Made by a program: the position numbers and the translations under genes
Shown here: positions 32,174 to 40,727 of the stretch, piece after piece
How positions within the stretch are numbered: the stretch's first letter is position 1
Layout of the letters: the number at the start of each line of letters is the position of its first letter
Assembly: GCA_965223415.1 (NCBI GenBank)
Contig: OZ245002.1
Location: 3,904,001-3,968,000 of the forward strand
Length of the DNA stretch: 64,000 bases
Reading direction: 5' to 3'
Origin: Myxococcota bacterium
GTDB lineage: Bacteria > Myxococcota_A > UBA9160 > UBA6930
The notes under the pieces: model-generated
Seen by the model: the letters and a program-made list of their open reading frames with translations, nothing else
Databases searched by the model: none
Told to the model about the DNA's origin: nothing

Positions 32174-33958
32174 CTAATCGTACACCGCGTCGATGGACCA
32201 GCAGCGTCCGACGTGGTCGCATCGCAAGCGGAAGACCCAGCCGTCGCGGGTCTGCACGTCGTAGTGGTCGAAGGCGTAGCGCTCGCCCTCGGACCACCAG
32301 CGGCCGGTGGTGCGCCAGGGGCCGGCGCAGTGGACGACGTCGCCGTTGGCCAGGGGGCTGCGGATCCGGCGCGGCTGGCCGCCCGGCGCGTCGACCTGGG
32401 CGCGCACCGGCGGGCGCAGGGCGCGCAGCGCCAGGTGGGGGCGCGTGGGGTCCGGAGGCTCGGACGCTCCGGCTTGGGAGGGGCGGAAGGCGGCGACCTC
32501 GTAGGCGTCCGGGCGGTGGTCGTCGGCGACGGCGGGGGCGCCGACGCGATCGGCGCCGCACAGGGCGCCGAGCTCGGCGAGGGTGTGGTCGAGGACGGCG
32601 GGGCTCGGGCCGGGAGGACGGAAGAAGTCGAGCTGGTCGCCGCGCAGGGGCGCGCCGGGCGTCGCCAGGCGCACGTGGATGGGCGCCTCGCCCGGTGGCT
32701 TCGACTCGAGGGAGAGGGCGACCAGCCGCAGGGCCAGGCGCGGATCGACGGTGGGGGCGGCCAGGCCGACGCGTCGCGCGTCGCGGCCGCCGCCCTCGAA
32801 GCCGAGCTCGAGCTCGAGATCGCCCAGGGCCAGGCCGCGACAGGTGAGCCGCCCCTGCAGCCGCGAGAGCATGCCGCGCAGCACGAACAGCAGGGGCTCG
32901 AGCTGCTGCACGGCGAACTCGAGCTCCATGGCCTCCTCGAAGCAGAGCGTGGCCTCGGCGGAAGGAGGCGGCGCGCGGTCGTGGCCGCGGGCCAGATCGA
33001 GGAGCGGCACCACCCGCGCGCCGAGGCGCTGGGTGAGGGCACGTTCGGACAGGCGCAGCAGGTCGGAGACCCGGCGCAGGCCGAAGCGGGTGAGTGCGCT
33101 GGCGAGATCGTCGTCCGGATCCAGCAGGTCGAGGGGGAGAGGGGCCAGGGCCTCCGCGTCTTCGCCCGGCGGCACGACGCGCACGCTCTCGCCGGCGAAG
33201 GCGAGCTGCCGGGCGAGGATGCGGGCGGCGCCGCGGGAGCCGGCCACCGCCACCACGCCGGGCAGTCCGAGTCGCGCCGCACGCTCGCCGAGGGCGCTGG
33301 CGAAGCCGGCCTCGGAGTGGAAGAGGGCGCTCGTGCCGCTCGCGTCCACGATGGCGGCGGCCTCGGCGGCGTGCAGGCCGCTTCCGGCCGGGGCGAGCTC
33401 GGCGCGGGGCGAGGTGGAGAGCGCCGCGTCGAGGAGCGCGTCCCGGGCGGCGCGCTCGAGCGCGGGCGAGGCGACCTGCACGTGGAGCTCGGCGCAGGCG
33501 GCGCGGGCGTGCACCACGGTCGTACCGGGGCGGACCGCCGCCCGCGCCGCTTCGGGCGAGACCGCCAGGATCTCGGCGCGGGAGCCCGCGGCGGAGGCGA
33601 CGGCAAAGGGGCGTCCCCGAAGCTCCGGGTGGGCGCGCAAGGCGGCGGCGAGGGGCATGGCCGGGATCAGGAGACACGCCAGTCTGTTGGGACTTCGCTC
33701 GCCGGTCGTTCGCTTCCGCTCACGGGCTCGCTGCGCGTGCCTCGCTTCGCGGGTCGCTTGCGGGAGGAGAGGTGCGCTGGGCTCGTCGCTGCGGGCGGGC
33801 TCCTTGCGCGGCTTCGTCGGCTCGCGTTTCGCCTTCGGCGGCGGCTCGAGCTCGGGGAGCAGCGCCGGCTGCTCGAGACGCTCGGTGAGTCGCTCGCGAC
33901 GGATGCGCTTGGCGCGCGGAGCCTCGTCGCGGGAATCGGGACGCGTGGGGGGGGACAC
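32174..33958 (-). CDS. imuB: ImuB, inactive Y-family polymerase homologue
   Basis: AARAAVRPGTTV, APLPLDLL and C-terminal GPWRTTGRWW...DAVYD; no DinB catalytic motifs; follows imuA. Start uncertain. Confidence 0.85.
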   Translation of the reverse strand: MSPPTRPDSRDEAPRAKRIRRERLTERLEQPALLPELEPPPKAKREPTKPRKEPARSDEPSAPLLPQATREARHAQRARERKRTTGERSPNRLACLLIPAMPLAAALRAHPELRGRPFAVASAAGSRAEILAVSPEAARAAVRPGTTVVHARAACAELHVQVASPALERAARDALLDAALSTSPRAELAPAGSGLHAAEAAAIVDASGTSALFHSEAGFASALGERAARLGLPGVVAVAGSRGAARILARQLAFAGESVRVVPPGEDAEALAPLPLDLLDPDDDLASALTRFGLRRVSDLLRLSERALTQRLGARVVPLLDLARGHDRAPPPSAEATLCFEEAMELEFAVQQLEPLLFVLRGMLSRLQGRLTCRGLALGDLELELGFEGGGRDARRVGLAAPTVDPRLALRLVALSLESKPPGEAPIHVRLATPGAPLRGDQLDFFRPPGPSPAVLDHTLAELGALCGADRVGAPAVADDHRPDAYEVAAFRPSQAGASEPPDPTRPHLALRALRPPVRAQVDAPGGQPRRIRSPLANGDVVHCAGPWRTTGRWWSEGERYAFDHYDVQTRDGWVFRLRCDHVGRCWSIDAVYD

Positions 33959-33979
33959 GTCGCGCTCCGGGTGGTGGAA

Positions 33980-34735
33980 TCATGCGGCGCGCTCGTCTTC
34001 GGCGCGCGTTGGCCCGTTTCCGACGGTGGGCTCGCTCTCTGCGCGCCAACGCACGGGGACGGAGCGGCCGTCGGGGCCGAGGCGGTTGCGGACCAGGGCG
34101 ACGCGACCGTCGAGCCCTTCGAGCCAGGCCGGGCCGGCTTCGAAGCAGGGACGCGCCTCCCCCAGCTCGAGGGCGAGATCGGCGAAGGTGCCGATCAGCC
34201 GCTGGTGGCTGAGCGTGACGAAGGCGGCGGAGGTGGAAGCCACGAGCTTGCGCACGCGCGGCCAGACCGCCTGGGAGACCCGCGGCGTCTCGTGGGCCAT
34301 GGCCAGGTCGAGCAGCACCAGGGCGAAGCCTCCGGCGCGCAGCACGTGCTCGGCGCAGCGCAGGGCCTCGGGCACGCCAGGGGGCCGGGCCCAGAGCACC
34401 CGGGCCAGGTCGACGCCGCCGTCCCGGGCCGAGATCGGGTCGAAGGCGTCGGCGCGGTCGATCACGCAGGCCAGCCCGCCGCCGGCCGTGGCCCGGGCGA
34501 GCAGGGCATGGGCCAGGGAGGTGCGGCCGCAGGAGGCCGGGCCGGCGATCTCGCTCACGCGCCCGCGCGGGAAGCCGCCCCCGAGCAGCGCGTCCAGCGG
34601 CTCCAGGCCGGTGGGCTGGCGTTCTTCGGGCAGACCGGGGCCGCCGCCTCGTCGGACGGGGACGGGAAGGGAGCGCAGGAGTCTCTCAAGGCGGCCGTCC
34701 TCGGCGGGGGCGGCTGCCCGGGGGGGCGAGAGCAT
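33980..34735 (-). CDS. imuA: ImuA, RecA-like protein
   Basis: PTGLEPLDALLGGGFPRG, degenerate P-loop GPASCGRTS, and GVDLARVL. Confidence 0.85.
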   Translation of the reverse strand: MLSPPRAAAPAEDGRLERLLRSLPVPVRRGGGPGLPEERQPTGLEPLDALLGGGFPRGRVSEIAGPASCGRTSLAHALLARATAGGGLACVIDRADAFDPISARDGGVDLARVLWARPPGVPEALRCAEHVLRAGGFALVLLDLAMAHETPRVSQAVWPRVRKLVASTSAAFVTLSHQRLIGTFADLALELGEARPCFEAGPAWLEGLDGRVALVRNRLGPDGRSVPVRWRAESEPTVGNGPTRAEDERAA

Positions 34736-34743
34736 GACTCGGG

Positions 34744-34772
34744 ATTTTCGCTCTTTCTTCGCCTCGGGTCAA
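34744..34772 (-). promoter_or_regulatory. Promoter/operator of imuA (TTGACC-17-GAAAAT with CGAA-N7-CGAA)
   Basis: Near-identical to 11640-11668 upstream of dnaE2. Confidence 0.7.
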
Positions 34773-35386
34773 TCCGAAACGGAGACCCGCCCCTCCTCGA
34801 TCCGCAGCCGGCCCAGGGCGAACGCCCGCACTGCTTCCGGCACCAGCCGTCGCTCGGCCTCGGTCACCCGGGCCTGCAGGGTCTCGATCGTGTCGTCCTC
34901 GCGCACCGTCACCGCCTCCTGGGAGACGATCGGTCCGTGGTCGTACTCCTCGTCGACGAAGTGCACCGTGGCACCGGTGACCTTCACGCCCTTGGCGAGC
35001 ACCGCCTCGTACACCCGACGGCCGTAGAAGCCCCGGCCCGAGAAGGCCGGGATCAGCGCCGGGTGCACGTTCAGGGCGCGGCCCTCGTAGCACCCGCGCA
35101 GCTGGAAGGGCGAGAGGAAGCCCAGCAGGCACACGAGCTCCACCTCGTGCTCGGCCAGGAAGGCGTGGATGCGGTCGTTGAACGCCTCGAGGTCGCGATG
35201 CCGCTTGCGCGGGACCGCGAGGGCCGGGATGCCGCGCTTCTCCGCCCGGCGGAGCCCGCCCACGTCTTCCTTGGAGCTCACCACCGCGACCACCCGCGCC
35301 GGCACGCGTCCCGCGTCGATCTGCTCGCACAGGTTCTCGAGGCTCGTGCCCTCGCCGGAGAGGAGCACGCCCACACGCAGCGTCAT
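34769..35386 (-). CDS. purN: Phosphoribosylglycinamide formyltransferase
   Basis: VLLSGEGTSL, LNVHPALIP, GATVHFV and YDHGPI. Confidence 0.93.
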   Translation of the reverse strand: MTLRVGVLLSGEGTSLENLCEQIDAGRVPARVVAVVSSKEDVGGLRRAEKRGIPALAVPRKRHRDLEAFNDRIHAFLAEHEVELVCLLGFLSPFQLRGCYEGRALNVHPALIPAFSGRGFYGRRVYEAVLAKGVKVTGATVHFVDEEYDHGPIVSQEAVTVREDDTIETLQARVTEAERRLVPEAVRAFALGRLRIEEGRVSVSD

Positions 35387-35437
35387 TCCGCACCCACGTG
35401 CAGCGTCATTCCGCACCCACGTGCAGCGTCATTCCGC
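35377..35437. repeat. 23-bp tandem repeat (about 2.65 copies) at the metF/purN junction
   Basis: GCAGCGTCATTCCGCACCCACGT at 35377 and 35400, plus a 15-bp partial copy at 35423. Confidence 0.95.
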
Positions 35438-36298
35438 GAGCAGCCGCTTCATCACGCGGCGCGAGGCCGGCGACTTGTTGAGGGTGTAGAGGTGGATTCC
35501 CGGAGCGCCGCCCGCCAGGAGCTCCCGGCACTGGGCCGTCGCCCAGGTGACGCCCACCTCGAGGGAGCGCTCCGCATCGCCGGAGGCTTCGGCGAGGGCT
35601 TCCTCCAGCTCCCGCGGCGTCTTCGAGCCCGGTGAGAGCCGCATGGCCGCCCGCAGGTTCTGCAGGGCCACCATCGGCATGATGCCCGGCACGATCGGGA
35701 CGTCGATCCCCGCCGCACGGGCCCTGCGAACGAAGGCGAAGTAGTCCTCGTCGTCCAGGAAGAGCTGCGTGATCAGGAACTCGGCGCCCGCCTCGACCTT
35801 GTGCTTCAGGTTCGCGAGGTCCTGCTCGAGGCTCTCCGCCTCCGGATGCTTCTCCGGGTAGCAGGCTCCGCCCACGGTGAGGTCGAAGTGGCCCTTGATG
35901 AAGGCCGTGAGCTCGCTCGCGTGGCGGAAGCCGCCGGGCACCGGGCGCCACTCCGGCTGGTCCTTCGGCGGGTCTCCGCGCAGGGCCAGCACGTTGCGGA
36001 TGCCCTCGGCGTGCAGCCGGCCTAGCGTGACCGCGAGCTCCTCCCGGGTCAGGCCGGTACAGGTCATGTGGGCCATCGCGGTGAGGCCCAGCTCGTTCTG
36101 GATGCGAACCACGAGGTCGGTGGTCTTGCTGCGGGTCGAGCCCTGGGCGCCGCAGGTGACGGACACGAAGCCCGGGCCCAGCTCCTTCAGATCTTCGATC
36201 GTGCGGTAGAGGGCGCGGTAGCCCGCGTCGGTCTTCGGCGGGAAGAACTCGAAGGAGAAGACGGGCCCTTCCCCCTGGTACAGCTCTGCGATGCGCAT
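35429..36298 (-). CDS. metF: 5,10-methylenetetrahydrofolate reductase
   Basis: SFEFFPPK, AHMTC, LALRGDPP, YPEKHPE, ITQLF and HLYTLN. Confidence 0.95.
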   Translation of the reverse strand: MRIAELYQGEGPVFSFEFFPPKTDAGYRALYRTIEDLKELGPGFVSVTCGAQGSTRSKTTDLVVRIQNELGLTAMAHMTCTGLTREELAVTLGRLHAEGIRNVLALRGDPPKDQPEWRPVPGGFRHASELTAFIKGHFDLTVGGACYPEKHPEAESLEQDLANLKHKVEAGAEFLITQLFLDDEDYFAFVRRARAAGIDVPIVPGIMPMVALQNLRAAMRLSPGSKTPRELEEALAEASGDAERSLEVGVTWATAQCRELLAGGAPGIHLYTLNKSPASRRVMKRLLAE

Positions 36299-36377
36299 CC
36301 GGTGGAGTGTACCCGACGGCCCATTGACGCTACGGGGCCATGGGCGAGACTGCCCCGCGAGCAGCCAGGAGGGTCGG

Positions 36378-37319
36378 ATGTCGGTGTTGTGTACAGGATC
36401 GGTGGCGGTGGATCACATCATGGTGTTCCGGGGCCGATTCCGGGACGTGATCCTGCCGGACAAGGTCCACATGCTGAACGTCGCCTTCCACGTGCCCGAG
36501 CTGCGGCGCAGCTTCGGCGGCACCGCGGCGAACATCGCCTTCAACCTGCGCCTGCTCGACGTGGATCCCCTCATCCTCGCGACGGTCGGCGGGGCCGACT
36601 TCGCCGCCTACGCCGAGTGGCTCGATCGGCACGGGCTGCGCCGGGACACCATCGTGCCCCTGGCGGACGAGTCCACGGCCGGCGCGTACATCACGACGGA
36701 TCTGGACGACAACCAGATCACCGGCTTCCATCCGGGCGCCATGGATCGGGCCCACGAGGCCGGCCTGGATCTCGTCCGGGCTCCCTACGAGATCGCCGTG
36801 GTCTCCCCCAACGGCAAGCAGGCGATGATCGACCACGCCCGCGGCCTCAAGGAGCGGGGCGTGGCGACGATGGTCGACCCCGGCCAGGGCCTGCCGCTCT
36901 TCGAGAAGGAGGAGCTGATCGAGCTACTGACCGGAGCCGACCTCTACGTCGTGAACGACTACGAATGGCAGCTCACCCAGGAAACCACCGGCCTCAGCCG
37001 GGAAGAGGTGGAGGACCGGGTCGGCGCCCTGGTGGTCACCCGCGGAGAGAACGGCTCCACCATCTACCACGACGGTGCGAGCGTCGAGGTGCCCGTGGTG
37101 CGTGCGGAGCAGGTCATCGATCCCACCGGCTGTGGGGACGCCTTCCGTGCGGGCTTCCTCGCCGGCCGCCTGCGCGGCCTCGACCTCGAGGCCAGCGCTC
37201 GGCTCGGAAGCGTGATGGGCTCGTTCCTGGTCGAGCGCGCAGGAACCCAGAACGCGGACTTCGGGCAGGGCGACGTCCGCGCCCGCCATCGCGAGGCCTT
37301 CGGCACGGACCCGGAATGA
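36378..37319 (+). CDS. PfkB-family kinase (adenosine kinase-like)
   Basis: GSVAVDHIM, GGTAANIA, DPGQ, NDYE and DPTGCGDAFRAG. Confidence 0.85.
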   Translation: MSVLCTGSVAVDHIMVFRGRFRDVILPDKVHMLNVAFHVPELRRSFGGTAANIAFNLRLLDVDPLILATVGGADFAAYAEWLDRHGLRRDTIVPLADESTAGAYITTDLDDNQITGFHPGAMDRAHEAGLDLVRAPYEIAVVSPNGKQAMIDHARGLKERGVATMVDPGQGLPLFEKEELIELLTGADLYVVNDYEWQLTQETTGLSREEVEDRVGALVVTRGENGSTIYHDGASVEVPVVRAEQVIDPTGCGDAFRAGFLAGRLRGLDLEASARLGSVMGSFLVERAGTQNADFGQGDVRARHREAFGTDPE

Positions 37320-38512
37320 CGGGCGGGCAGGCGGGCGCATGGCGGGACTGGCTGTGGCTGGCGATCTCGCTGGCGATTCCGCTGCCCTGGATCGTCGTAC
37401 ACGTCCGCGGCGCCCATCCGGCGCCGGAGCTCGTCGCGCTGCTCGCCGGCGCGGCGATCCTCGGCTCCGCCATGCTGCTCTCCTGGGCGACAGAGCTGGC
37501 GGAGAAGGACATTCCCCAGTCCCTGGCCCTGCTGGTGCTCGCCCTGGTGAGTGTGCTGCCCGAGTACGCCGTCGATCTCTCCTTCGCGATTCGCGCCGCC
37601 GAGGATCCGGAGTACGCCCAGTACGCGGTCGCCAACATGACCGGCGCGAATCGCCTGCTGATCGGACTCGGCTGGGCCACGGTGGTGCTCGTGGCGTGTC
37701 GGCGCAGTCGTACGTCGGAGCTCGAGCTACCGCCGACGCGGATCCTCGAGCTCCGCTTCCTGCTGGCCGCGACCGTCTATGCCTTCCTGATCCCCCTCGA
37801 TGGAAGGCTCTCGCTCCTCGACGCCGCGGTGCTGATCGGCCTCTTCCTCGCCTACGCCTTCCGGGCCTCCCGCGGCTACGCGGAAGACGTCGAGCTCGTC
37901 GGCCCGCCGGCGCGCCTCGAGGCCCGCTTCGGCGACACCGGTCGCCGCGTGTGGGCCCTGGTCCTCTTCCTGTTCGCCGGTTACGCCATCTGGGTCGCCG
38001 CCGAGCCCTTCGCCGAGAGCCTCGTCGCGGTCGGCAAGCGCACGGCCATCGACGAGTTCGTGCTCGTGCAATGGGTGGCGCCCCTCGCGTCCGAGTCGCC
38101 GGAGTTCATGATCGCGCTGCTCTTCGCCTTCCGGATGCGCGGTGAGGTGGGGCTCGGGGCGTTGATCTCGTCGAAGGTGAACCAGTGGACGCTCCTGGTC
38201 GGGGCGCTCCCCATCGCCTACTGCGTGGCGGCCGGGACCCTGAGCGGCCTCCTCCTCACCCCACGCCAGAGCGAGGAGCTGTGGCTGACGGCGGCCCAAT
38301 CGCTCTTCGCCGTGCTCGTGGTGGCGGATCGGGTCTTCCGGGTCTGGGAGGCCGTGGCGATCGCCGGCCTGTTCGCCGTGCAGCTCGTCTTCCCGAGCCC
38401 GGAAGTCCGCATCGCCTTCACCTGGCTCTACCTGGTGCTGTTCGCCGGCTTGCTGGCCCACTCGTCGGCGCGACGCCGGGCGATGCTCCGGCTCCTTCGG
38501 TTCCGGCGCTAG
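37316..38512 (+). CDS. Sodium:calcium/proton exchanger family membrane protein
   Basis: Alpha-repeat motifs VLPEYAVD...NMTGAN and ASESPE...SSKVNQ; many TM helices. Confidence 0.8.
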   Translation: MTGGQAGAWRDWLWLAISLAIPLPWIVVHVRGAHPAPELVALLAGAAILGSAMLLSWATELAEKDIPQSLALLVLALVSVLPEYAVDLSFAIRAAEDPEYAQYAVANMTGANRLLIGLGWATVVLVACRRSRTSELELPPTRILELRFLLAATVYAFLIPLDGRLSLLDAAVLIGLFLAYAFRASRGYAEDVELVGPPARLEARFGDTGRRVWALVLFLFAGYAIWVAAEPFAESLVAVGKRTAIDEFVLVQWVAPLASESPEFMIALLFAFRMRGEVGLGALISSKVNQWTLLVGALPIAYCVAAGTLSGLLLTPRQSEELWLTAAQSLFAVLVVADRVFRVWEAVAIAGLFAVQLVFPSPEVRIAFTWLYLVLFAGLLAHSSARRRAMLRLLRFRR

Positions 38513-39327
38513 CGGGCGTCCGCCAGCCAGGCGACCGCGGCTGCCACGTTGTCCCCCGCCCGCTTCTCGCGATGGGAGCCGCAGGCGCGCTCGCAGACCG
38601 CCCGGGCCAGGGCGGGGGCGCGCAGGTCGGCGGGCTCCCGCCCGGCGCCTTGCACCGCGGCGGCGACGGCCGCCGCCGGGTCCTTCACCCCGATTCCTTG
38701 CTCGCTCAGCCCGTCGGTCACGCACACCACCGCGCGAACGCCCGCCAGATCGTGACGCCCGAGCTGGCAGCGGGTGTGGAGGCTCTCCGGGGTCTCCTCG
38801 CGGGTGCCCAGGAAGGGGGTCGGTCGGCCGATCCGGGAGCCCAGCTCGTGCACGCTGCCCTCCGCTCCCACCACGAAGAGGTGGCTGTCGCCGACGCAGG
38901 CGTAGAAGAGATCCCCGGTCTCGGGGCGGACGAGGGTGGCGACCAGGGTGGTCTCCGAGTCCAGGTGCAGGCCCTGAGCCTTCTCGCGGAGGATGTCCAG
39001 GTTCGCGTCGCAGAGGGCGGCGAGGGCGTGACGACCCCAGCCGGTGAGGAAGCTCGCGTCGTCGCCGGTCCACTGGGGCGCCGGGTGGGCGAGCAGGTGC
39101 TCGACCGCCACCTCCGCCGCCTCGAAGCCCGAATGGCCGTCGGCCACGACCAACAGGGCGCCACCGGTCCCGCGGAAGAATCCGGCGGTGTCCTCGTTGG
39201 GATCGGTGTGCAGGTAGCTCTTGGGTGCGCCGCCCCGGGAGTTGGCGATGGCGACGGGTCCCTCGGCGACCACGTCCACCGCGCCGAGGTGGTCATGCTC
39301 CCGGCCACGAAGGACCGCGGACTTCAT
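38509..39327 (-). CDS. PP2C-family protein phosphatase
   Basis: NED, VADGHSG, VGDS, VTDGL and DNV motifs. Confidence 0.85.
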   Translation of the reverse strand: MKSAVLRGREHDHLGAVDVVAEGPVAIANSRGGAPKSYLHTDPNEDTAGFFRGTGGALLVVADGHSGFEAAEVAVEHLLAHPAPQWTGDDASFLTGWGRHALAALCDANLDILREKAQGLHLDSETTLVATLVRPETGDLFYACVGDSHLFVVGAEGSVHELGSRIGRPTPFLGTREETPESLHTRCQLGRHDLAGVRAVVCVTDGLSEQGIGVKDPAAAVAAAVQGAGREPADLRAPALARAVCERACGSHREKRAGDNVAAAVAWLADAR

Positions 39328-39413
39328 GGGTCGCAGGATATCGGCGCCGTCGCTGGCCTGCGAGTGATCCGGCGCGGTGTATCGGAGGAACCCCTTAGAT
39401 ACTCCCTTCGTCG

Positions 39414-40409
39414 TCAACCCTTCGTGGCGAAGAATTTCTCGCCAAGGAAGTCCTGGTCGTGGCGGAGCATGCCGTAGATGGCGTGGAGCAGCTTCCGCAT
39501 GACGGCGACGAGTGCTTGCATCTTGGTTTTGCCCTTGGAGAGCAGCTTCTCGTAGAAGGCCTTCACGTTCGGTTCCCAGCGTGCAGCGACCATCGCAGGA
39601 AGAAAGAGTGCGCGGCGAAGGTGGGCGTTGCCGGTCTTGCTGATGCGAGCTGGCTTGTGCACAGAGGTGCCCGATTGAAACTGTCGGGGGTCGAGGCCCG
39701 CATGCGCGACCCATTGCCGGGTCGTCATGTCCTTGGGCAAGGTGCCTAGCTCGGCGAGCAACTGGATGCCGGCTGCGTCGGCGATACCCTTGATCGATGT
39801 GATGTGGCCGAAGTCTCTGGCGAGCTCGGGGCTCTGCTCGATCACCTTCAACGCTTGCTTGCGCAGCCGATCGATTCGCCCCTCCAGGAGCTCGATCAGT
39901 TCGCGGATGTCTTGCTTCACGAACTCACTGAGCTCCTCGCTCTGGTCGTTGGCATGGAGCCGGTTCTTCTCCTGCGTCACGGTCTTGCTCAGAGCCTCCA
40001 CGCGGCGGGAGAGGGCCCGTACCTCCAGAATTCGGGGGTCCGGCGGAGTCCAGGCGGAAAACTCCATGCGCATTCCGAACTCGAGAATCGTTTCCGCATC
40101 GAGCGCATCCGTCTTGGAGCGTTGAAGCGATGCCTTGGCGAACGCGGCAATGGCCCGCGGGTTCGCCACCATCACCTGGGACGCCTTCGCACGGTGAAGC
40201 GCGAACGCGAGGTCGAGGCCGTACACCCCGGTCGATTCCAGGACGACGCGCGCCGTCGCATTCCCCTTCGTGGCCCACCGAATCAGCCTCTGGTGGCCCT
40301 TGGGATCGTTCGCAAAGACCAGCCCGCCCTCGCGAGTTCCGTTCCGGTCGATGGCGACGACGAGCTCCTTCGCCCCGACGTCCACGCCCACGTAATGACA
40401 CTTCTTCAA
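39414..40409 (-). CDS. IS110 recombinase/transposase
   Basis: DEDD RuvC-like VGVDVG, LESTG, KTDALDA; C-terminal GLDPRQFQSGTS with catalytic Ser; GGAGGAG RBS before TTG. Confidence 0.93.
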   Translation of the reverse strand: MKKCHYVGVDVGAKELVVAIDRNGTREGGLVFANDPKGHQRLIRWATKGNATARVVLESTGVYGLDLAFALHRAKASQVMVANPRAIAAFAKASLQRSKTDALDAETILEFGMRMEFSAWTPPDPRILEVRALSRRVEALSKTVTQEKNRLHANDQSEELSEFVKQDIRELIELLEGRIDRLRKQALKVIEQSPELARDFGHITSIKGIADAAGIQLLAELGTLPKDMTTRQWVAHAGLDPRQFQSGTSVHKPARISKTGNAHLRRALFLPAMVAARWEPNVKAFYEKLLSKGKTKMQALVAVMRKLLHAIYGMLRHDQDFLGEKFFATKG

Positions 40410-40459
40410 GGTCTCTCCTCCCCGTGATAAGCTGGGACCCGGGTCTCCCGACCCTGCAC

Positions 40460-40625
40460 ATTCACCTACGGACCTTGTAGACGCAGGCTCTCGGGCCTCG
40501 GATACTCCACGGCATGGGTGACGAGGGCGGGAGGCCCATCTAACGGACAAGCTCTCTGGCTTCAGGCAGCGACGGCCTTTCCCGGGAACCCATCTCGGAG
40601 TCTCACTCAGGCCCGAAGAGCCTGC
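40460..40625 (-). ncRNA. Predicted bridge RNA (5' hairpin, target-binding loop, donor-binding loop)
   Basis: Two internal loops, each with an inner 4-bp hairpin; guide segments match the donor and target. Boundaries approximate. Confidence 0.8.
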
Positions 40626-40727
40626 TCAGAGGTACAAGAGCAGCGCGTGCCGGCCCGGATTATCCTGCCCCCCTGATCCGCATGGACGCGGATCCGCCTC
40701 AGCCGAACGCAAGGGGATGCTTCGCCC

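Larger units (their letters stand above)
39397..40638 (-). mobile_element. IS110-family (IS621-like) insertion sequence, 1242 bp including both CT cores
   Basis: On the minus strand the left end starts CT-TGTAC and the right end finishes GGAGTAT-CT. The rejoined donor GGAGTATCTTGTAC resembles the IS621 donor. No terminal inverted repeats. Confidence 0.88.

Noticed and set aside
35377..35437. 23-bp repeat as a CRISPR array
   Set aside because: The units are contiguous with no spacers, and there are no cas genes.
32213..35635. 1140-aa plus-strand ORF
   Set aside because: Antisense shadow of imuB/imuA/purN in high-GC DNA; no motifs.
36299..36377. SAM or other riboswitch upstream of metF
   Set aside because: The gap is only 79 bp and a -10 lies 7 nt from the ATG; no aptamer motif.
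40410..40550. N-terminal extension of the IS110 ORF
   Set aside because: A strong RBS precedes TTG 40409, and the region is better explained as bridge RNA.
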